Shown here one piece after another: positions 56,399 to 64,000 of a stretch of 64,000 bases of DNA (its first letter is position 1; every line of letters starts with the position of its first letter). A program made the translations under genes and the position numbers. The notes beneath the pieces are model-generated. The model was not told where the DNA came from, did no database searches, and saw nothing but the letters and a program-made list of their open reading frames with translations. This DNA comes from Vicugna vicugna (lineage: Eukaryota). The stretch covers positions 582,477-646,476 of the forward strand of contig MU058769.1 of NCBI GenBank assembly GCA_013265495.1, in the 5' to 3' direction.

Positions 56399-57453
56399 TC
56401 AGTCCCACCCTAGAACTTCCCCAACCCCTCAAAGTCCCCAAACCATTAGGAGACTGGGCCCTACTTTCCCAAGGGTGGCTCCATTCTGAGCTGCCGACCT
56501 AGGCTCAACCTAGGAAACGGAAGCTTCCTGGTAAATTCGGAGTCTCAGTTGTATAAATATTAACACCCTGATTCAACTGGGAACAGAGGCAGCATGACCT
56601 CCCCACCCATTCTGTACATAAGCCTCCCCTCCCTCTCCCCCTCCCCCATCCAACTGGGCCCTCCCAGTTATCTGGCACACACCATGCACTCGGGGCAAGA
56701 AACCAGCCTGACCTCTTTTAACCTCCCTGCACCAAAAGTAAGTTTCCTTGCTGCTGAGGAAGTCCATTTTCAAGCTAACCTCTTATCTTTGCTGGAGGGA
56801 GAGAGGAGGGATGGCAGACAATCAAGCTAACAACTCCGAGGGCAAATATTAGGACTTTAATATGCTGCTGAAGGGGAGACACCAGCTCTTAACAAAAAGA
56901 AGGCTGGCAGAGGGCCTGACCAGAAGCCTGTTTCCAAGCTGCTATGAGGCCAGCTAAAGAGAAGCTAAAGAGAAGAGGCAAAGACTTATTTTTTAAGGGA
57001 CATCTTAGAAGCAACAAACATAAGCTGTGTCTGTTTGCCAAGAGCACCCATGGGCAATGACGATGTGTAAGTCCTGAAATGGAGACAGCCCAGCATCTTC
57101 TCAAAGGGAAGCTGCAGTACCTGCCTCTTCTCCCGAGCCCCTCTGCTGTTTCTCAAGCACTGAAGCTCTTCCATAAACAGGGGACACAGGCAAGAATGTG
57201 AAAGAGACTTCACCCTAGAAATTGAGGTAGAGAAGTTCTCTCCTTAATCTATTGGCTGTCCAGATACTAGTAACTGTACCAACACCAAGCCCTCCAGACT
57301 GCATGTCTCTCCTTCAATTGTCAGCAGTCCTGCAGGTCTCACTGTGTTACTGAAGGAAGTGGAAGGAGACCCAGGAATCCTTTTCTGTTGGGGTTGACAT
57401 CTCCACCTTCTGCAGCAGGAAGGCAAAGTGAACCTTCTTTCCTTTAACTAGAA

Positions 57454-57639
57454 CAATGGTTCTCAACCCTGGCTGCACGATAAAATCACTCAGAAAAGGG
57501 GGTGGGGTGGGGGGGTGGGGAGGCCTGGGCTCACCTCTACAGATTCTGATTCAACTGTTCTGGAGTAGGGCCGGGCAGGCCAGTGTAAAAGACACCCAGG
57601 CACACCATTCTGCTGTGTAGCCAGGACTGAGAATCTCTG
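57454..57639. mobile_element. MER5-like hAT-Charlie MITE
   Basis: Termini CAATGGTTCTCAACCCTGGCTGCAC ... GCCAGGACTGAGAATCTCTG; internal AGATTCTGATTCAACTGTTCTGGAGTAGGGCC. Confidence 0.75.
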
Positions 57640-58682
57640 CGCATGGGCATCAGGGGTTGGGGTGGGGGAGGATGATGGACAGACATCATGGATAAAAAGC
57701 AGCAGACACAAGCTCTGTCCTTCATCTCTGGTCCACTATTACAGAAAGAATCGGTGCGAGTGGCAGCTTCACAAATAAGGGAGGAGGAGGGGTTAGGACA
57801 AAATATCAACTCTGATCTTTATCTCTTCTTCAGGGAAGTGCCGGACAGAGGGGCAAGAGCTCAAGATTAAGGGAAAATAAAAGGGTTCAATGTCCCATAT
57901 GGGAGTGCCTAGGGGAAGAAACAGCTGAATCCCAAATTAATCTCTCTTTAATCTTCTCTGAAATGTTATGGCCAGCATCCCCACTGGCCAAATAATTGTG
58001 GCCTCTGGCCTCTACAAAGTGTCTGAGAAGGACGCATGCTCAGGGAAGACCACCACCTTATCTCAGGTCCACCCTCAAGAATATGCTACTCCTCCGTATG
58101 AATGCCTGATCAAGGCCAATGAAGTAGGGGGAAAAATCCTCTTTGAAAGGCACAGTCTACAGATCACGGAAAGAATTTAATCATAGCTACCATTTGTCAT
58201 GCCGTTATTACGGCCCAGGCACTATGCAGATGAGAATCGACTTTCTTATCGACTTTCCTAAACAGGAAAGGTGTGAAGGAACAAAGGGTCAACACACAGG
58301 TGAGTTTCAGCGGTTCTGGACGGCAGCGCAGGGATGGGCAGCGCTTGCGTCTCACTACTGCTGCTGTAGGAGCGTGTCCCGGGTCAGAAGGGCTGCCAAT
58401 GCTGGCATCCTCCCAGTCTGCCCAAGGGTGTGGCCCCAGAGACTCAGGTGGACAGCACACTTTAGTCCGCCGGTGGCACCTACTCCGCCAGGGTCTCGGA
58501 GATCTGGGGGCATGGGTCGGAGGCAGTGTCATTATAGTAATTCGTGAGATGGGAAAGGGTTGTCAGCTGGGGGTGGGGCTGAAGAGAGGGATGAAAGATT
58601 TAGTTAAGACAAAAGGACAGAGAGACAACTGTCCTTCATAGCACAACCCGTTAAAAAGCAGATGAAAGGTCAGGCTTCTTAC

Positions 58683-58688
58683 CAGCTC
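58683..58688 (-). CDS. DCTN2: DCTN2 6-nt microexon (GAGCTG, Glu-Leu)
   Basis: CACAAG|GAGCTG|GTAAGA, phase 0, upstream U-rich tract; matches the EL insert of longer DCTN2 isoforms as recalled. Confidence 0.8.
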
Positions 58689-61213
58689 CTTGTGGTTTCC
58701 CCAGAGGTGAGAAAATCAAAAGAGTTAAAAGGAAAGGGAGTGGGGAAATGGGGGTGAGGGAGGGAAAAAAAAGACAAAATTGTTATTAGCAAATTGTCAC
58801 ATGCACTACATGACAGTCTTCAAACACACTGCACCACAGGGCCCAGGGGGAGCCTAGCAAAATTTGGGGGCCAAGGAATTTCAGCTGGGGTCACCACATA
58901 CCCCAAGAGAAAGAAGAGCTTGGGACCCTTTCCTCTCTGGCGGTGAGGATGTCATGAAGCTTTGCCGGTAACAGCAGCAGTTCAGGATCATCTGAGAACT
59001 AGTAGTTAGATGCTGCAAGCTAGTGGCATGGCAGAGCAAAGTGGGGAAGAGAGGCTGAGGTGGAGGGGAAGCTTAGAAATGGCAGAATGTGAAGCAGAGG
59101 CTGTGGAAGGAGATCCCGAGGACCTGTAGCTGATTGAGGGTCCATGATTCTCAAGGCAGGGAGTTCATGGCTCAAGTCTTCCTGTCTCTTGGTTTCTCTA
59201 GTTTTGAAGAATTAGGCATTTGGATGCCAGAATCAGTCACAATGAGGAGGCTCATGCGGGTAGCTTGATATGCCTTTAGGTTAAACAGAACAGTGTATGT
59301 CAGGTACAGATGGTGAGTTTAAGGAACTATGAAGTACCTCACTGCAGCCCCATTCTCATGCTCTGCTGCCAGAGGAGAGGCAGGGCAAATCCTAGTCCCT
59401 CAGGTAGTCTGGTGTGTCTGTATCCATCCTGGGTGGCTGGTAACTCGCCCTGCAGCTCTGAGGGATCCAGAGCAATTCTGCCATGATGTGCTAGCACAGA
59501 GTCTAGAGACACCAAGATTCACAGCTACCAGCCACGTGCAAAACACGTTTCTTCAACCCTCTGTTCACAAGGTTCACAGGGGTTGGAGGGTGGACAAAGG
59601 GGAAAGGTGAGAATATTTCAAAGAGGCCCTATTTTAGTCCAAGCTGCCCAGATAAGGCTCTACTTCCAGGCAAGACTGGTAAAGAACTGCCAGGGGGGGA
59701 GATCCAGCTGGAGGCACTGCTTCTCCAGGGGCTCTACCGATGGGGAGATAGAAGTGTGGGGAGTCAAGGATGGTTACATGTATATGAAAACACATGAGGG
59801 GATAAAGACAACTGCATCCTGCCCCAGAGATTTCAGCTAGATATATCTGAACCTCAACTTCTCCATTCCCTGTCTCATGCCAGGGTCCAGCCCAGCCAAG
59901 ATTTCTCTTTCAGCTCAGGGTAGAGGTGGATCCAGGTCCTGTGGTCTGGGCTGGGCTGTCTCTGCGGAGTGGGTGTCAGCACACACAGGTGCACACATGC
60001 AAACACACAAGGGGAGGCACACACACTAGATCTTTCTCTTACTTGCCCCACCAAGCTAAAATCAGCTTGGGAGAAACTCAAGGAAAAAGAGGACAATAGG
60101 CCATAAGTTCAAGTTCAAATCATGAGGAACAAGCAGAATGGGGGAGGCCAGAAAGTTGTTTTATAAAGGAAAGTGGTACATTAGTTTGTAAATAGTATGT
60201 ACCACCTTCAGGTCTGTCTTTGGGTGGGCTGGGAAATGATGAGATTTTAGGGGTAACTCCTATAACCTGGAGTGGTCACAGTCACCATGGGAACCTGGTA
60301 CACCCAGCCAAGCTGATTACAAAATTCTAAGTACCTTGATCCCAGGTACCAGTTTACCCACAACATGACTCCTAGGCCCTCTCGCAAATAACCTCCCAGA
60401 ATCCCCAGGGCTGTCTGGCTAAGTGGCTGTGCCTCAGAGGGCCAGACCCGAGGTTCTAGATCAGACAGGGGAAGAGGTCACTGCCGCTCTGAGCCTGCTC
60501 AGGCTCTACGCCAACACCGCAGCCAGGGGGACTTCAGAACCATGATGACTAGGAAGATGGATAGTGCTGCAGAACAAAACTGTCCAGGATGGACCGACAC
60601 AGTGCTGACCGTCCAACCATTTCTAAAGGAGGGGTACAGAAACAGAAAGACTTGTGAAAGCACAAAGAACCCAAGTTAGTACCCTAAAAATGCATGTAAC
60701 ACCCCTTCCTATCTTATTTACCTTTCTCTAAAGGTTTAACATAGGGGAATACTAAAATGAGGTTTTCTCCAGGGGTAATCCACATACAGCTAAGAAGTGA
60801 GGGCCACTGCTACCCTCTTTGTTCTCCACCTTGTCTGGAGTGGCTAAAAGTCATTCTTTTTAACTCCATTTCAGTCTGAGGAGGAGAAAGGCAACCCCCT
60901 TCTAACTCCACCTCTTAAATGCCTCATGTCCAAAAGCATTCCTAGCCTCCATGTTTCTGTCCCATCCTCCATTGGACAGTTTTATTCTGCAGACCTCACA
61001 AGGGGAAGAGACAGTGATTCATGAAATCATAGTTGTGCTTCTAAACCTTGATTGATGATCTTTAACCATGAGATCAGCGGGCCTCTTAGTGACCCAGCTA
61101 GGGATGTATTAGAATTTAAAATCTTAGCTTCAACAATAGCACAGAGACAGAGCATTGCATGCGAGATGGCAGATGAAGAAAACATGCAGAGAAGAAGCAT
61201 TGAATGGTCTTAC

Positions 61214-61222
61214 TTGTGCAAA
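61214..61222 (-). CDS. DCTN2: DCTN2 9-nt microexon (TTTGCACAA, Phe-Ala-Gln)
   Basis: TTGCCTGGACACTAG|TTTGCACAA|GTAAGA, phase 0; UGC upstream and TGCATG downstream; together with the 6-nt exon gives the recalled FAQEL insert. Confidence 0.8.
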
Positions 61223-64000
61223 CTAGTGTCCAGGCAAGGTGGTGAGGAGGGAGGATGGGGGAAGCATTAGGAAAAACTCAGGTAAGTTCAAGTGCGCCAA
61301 CAGTCAATGAACACAATCAAGCATACTCTGTGATAACCCAAACCGTAAGGAAGGAAACCTACTGTTGCTCACCTCAGGCTGGTGGAGTTCCAGCCTTATC
61401 CACCCTTTGGCAAATGGAAGCCTCTGCCAGAGCCCCACCGATCTACGGCTAGGTCCTTTTTCCCCTTTTCACATGGCATCGGGGATAGTTATGGCACAAG
61501 GGGAGAAACTATATCTGGTTTCTAGAAGATTTTATAAATACATTCCCCTTGCTCCAGCAATTCAAAGCCACGAGCAGAATGCCTCACAGACCCAAACGCA
61601 GGCTGTGGGCCCAGCGGGGAGAGAATCCCAACTGGAAATTAGCTTTCCTGACAAGACATTTTAAGAAAAGTTTCCAACAAGCCCATCACCCCAATCACCC
61701 CAGAAGTGTCTGAAATACAGAGAGGGGATCCTCACAGATTGAGGAGGAAAGGGCTCAAAAAGCTTGTGCAGTTTTCGGGCCCATTCACTTCAGAATACCT
61801 TACTTCCTGCTAAAACTGTCTTAATGGGATAACAGGAAAACTAGGATCATCTTTACCAAAAATAAAACCTTCAACTATTTTCCTCCTCCATCCTCCCCAC
61901 TATGGGAATCACACACTTTTATGTTTACGTTAAACTAGCAATTACAGTCTTCAGGAGCTACCGGAGGACATTATTTCCTTCAGCAGCCTGATTCCTTCCA
62001 CAGTGAAGCAATCAGAGGAAGGAGGTGAAAAGACAGTGAGGGTCAACACCCCTTGACTATTTCTTTAAACAAAACATCTGGAGACCGCCCCAAAAGGTTC
62101 CATAAGAAGCTGCTCACACTGGTTGTCTCCAGGGAAGAGAACTGAGCAGTGGCAGGCAGGGGTGGGAAGAGACACTTTTTGTCCTACTGTGCATATATTA
62201 CCTATTTTAGAACCAATGAAATTAAAGTTGAAATAATCTGGAGACTAAGGCAGAGCATGCTGTTGCCAGGAGTTAAGAAGGTGACTGAAACCTCACGGTG
62301 CAGCCACAATAGCGGTGATGTGCACTGTCACCTGGACTAGGTCTTGGAAGGGTAGGTGAGAAGGGGATGGGCTGCTAGCGAGAACCCAGGCCTCACGGGA
62401 ATGAGGTTTCTGGATTATCTAGGCACAACCCACTGCTCCTCAAATTGCACATTTACGTCAGTATTAAGAGCAGCAGAACCATTACTCAGCTGACTTCCCG
62501 AAAGCTGCCCTCCTAAGGCCCAGAGGGACGTGCAGGGGCCAGAGACATTAGCTGACATCAGGGAGCATCTCAGGCCTCCCCCCACCCCAGCTGGGGCTCC
62601 TGAAGCAGCTGAAGGCGTCCCCACTCCCCACTCTTCCCTAGTGATGGAGAGTCATTTAGCTGAGCCTTAGGTGATGGAGGCAACTCACTCCTCCAGTATT
62701 TACCATCCAGTTCCCAGACACTTCTACACCAGCATCCTGGGCAATACGCCACAGGAAATGAATACTAATGGGATCCTCTCCCCATCCAGCCACCCTACGA
62801 GATGCTGATAAAATAGGCTGCTCAAGCTCAGCAGGGAGAAGCAGCCAATCAGGGCTGTACATTCAGGTTCTCCCATGCCTGGAATGGGTGTCCTGCTCTT
62901 TTTATTTAAGAGACAGCACCTCCCCCCCCCAAAAGAGACAGCCCAGTAACTTCAAAAGGAAAGTTACAACGTATTTTTGGTTTGGAAAGGGGACTGCCTT
63001 GATACTACCTATCTGTATCATAGTTAGCAATAGAGGGACAAAGTTCCACTCATTATCTCACCATGAAGGCTCGATATTTTATGGGCAGAGGCCCAGGCCA
63101 GAGTTGAATAGTCCCTGAACGGTGGTAGCAGAATGGAGTACTCGGCATTCGAGGTCAGAGACAGCTTCCTAATAAGATACCTCTTAGAGTGACAGGTGCA
63201 CATCTTGGTCCTTGAGCAACAACAACATCTGCATTATCTCCAGATACTCAAGCTTGCAGGACAAACTGACATGCCAGCAAGTACAGAAGCCACAAGGAAC
63301 ACACCACTGAGAGAGGGGACAGGGAAGGTGTTCCCCACCAAGTAGGAACTACTTCCACATGGGGGGAAATCAAATAAGGAATAAGTGAGTACGCCAAGCC
63401 ATACATTTTAAGCCAGCAACCAGCATTCTCCAGAACTAACCAGCCCCACAGACATAGCCACAGGACTTACAGACACATGTACTGAGCCTGTTCCCCCTGA
63501 CTTTTAGTCACAACTTTATTGAGATCTCACACCATCAGTGTGACCCTAGCCCAGCTCCCCTTAAAAATAACAGAACCTAAAACACATCCTCTAAGACATG
63601 CTAATAGACCTTTGCTCTCCTTGGCACTCACATACAGAGTTTTTAACTATGTTGATTTCATTCATTCAATTTTTTCTTCCATGTTACCTGTGTGTATCTT
63701 AACTCTCCCATTAGTCTGGGGAGTTTTTGAGGGCAAGGACATTTCTTCCTTGGCATTCACAAAAATTAACACAGAATGAACACGTTCAATAAACAATGCT
63801 AAGTGGTTTCTCTTAGTTAAAATGTGTCCGTAGCTAATTCCTTCCTCTTCAGAGTTCTCCTTGGATCTGAAAATGCTACCACGGCCTCTCCTGTGTTGAT
63901 ATGAAAGATTTATGTTCCTCCTCAAAGTTGTTTTGCTCTGACCAGGCCCCCTGTCTTTCTAAAATCTCCCATTCATTTTCCTCCTCCTTGCCAGTGGATA

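Overview
Mammalian genomic DNA, probably camelid (inferred from one tRNA-derived Vic-1-like SINE), carrying the syntenic block GLI1(+) / ARHGAP9(-) / MARS1(+) / DDIT3(-) / MBD6(+) / DCTN2(-, 5' end beyond the window). I traced the coding exons by hand from splice sites and frame continuity: GLI1 1104 aa, ARHGAP9 741 aa, MARS1 900 aa, DDIT3/CHOP 168 aa plus a 34-aa uORF, MBD6 1008 aa, and the C-terminal 368 aa of DCTN2 plus 9-nt and 6-nt microexons. The genes form three convergent pairs whose 3' ends abut or overlap. Introns hold old MIR/L2/L1/MER/MLT relics, and a 417-N gap lies over the likely MBD6 promoter. I see no new gene family. The most unusual observations are: (i) a 61-bp, 57/61-identical copy of the GLI1 3'UTR inside GLI1 intron 10; (ii) a tandem GC/GT donor at DDIT3 exon 1 whose GT option would fuse the inhibitory uORF in frame to CHOP; (iii) ATF4-type elements at both MARS1 and DDIT3, whose 3' ends overlap; (iv) a DCTN2 microexon cluster with a possible third member. 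Comparisons with human are from memory and were not computed.
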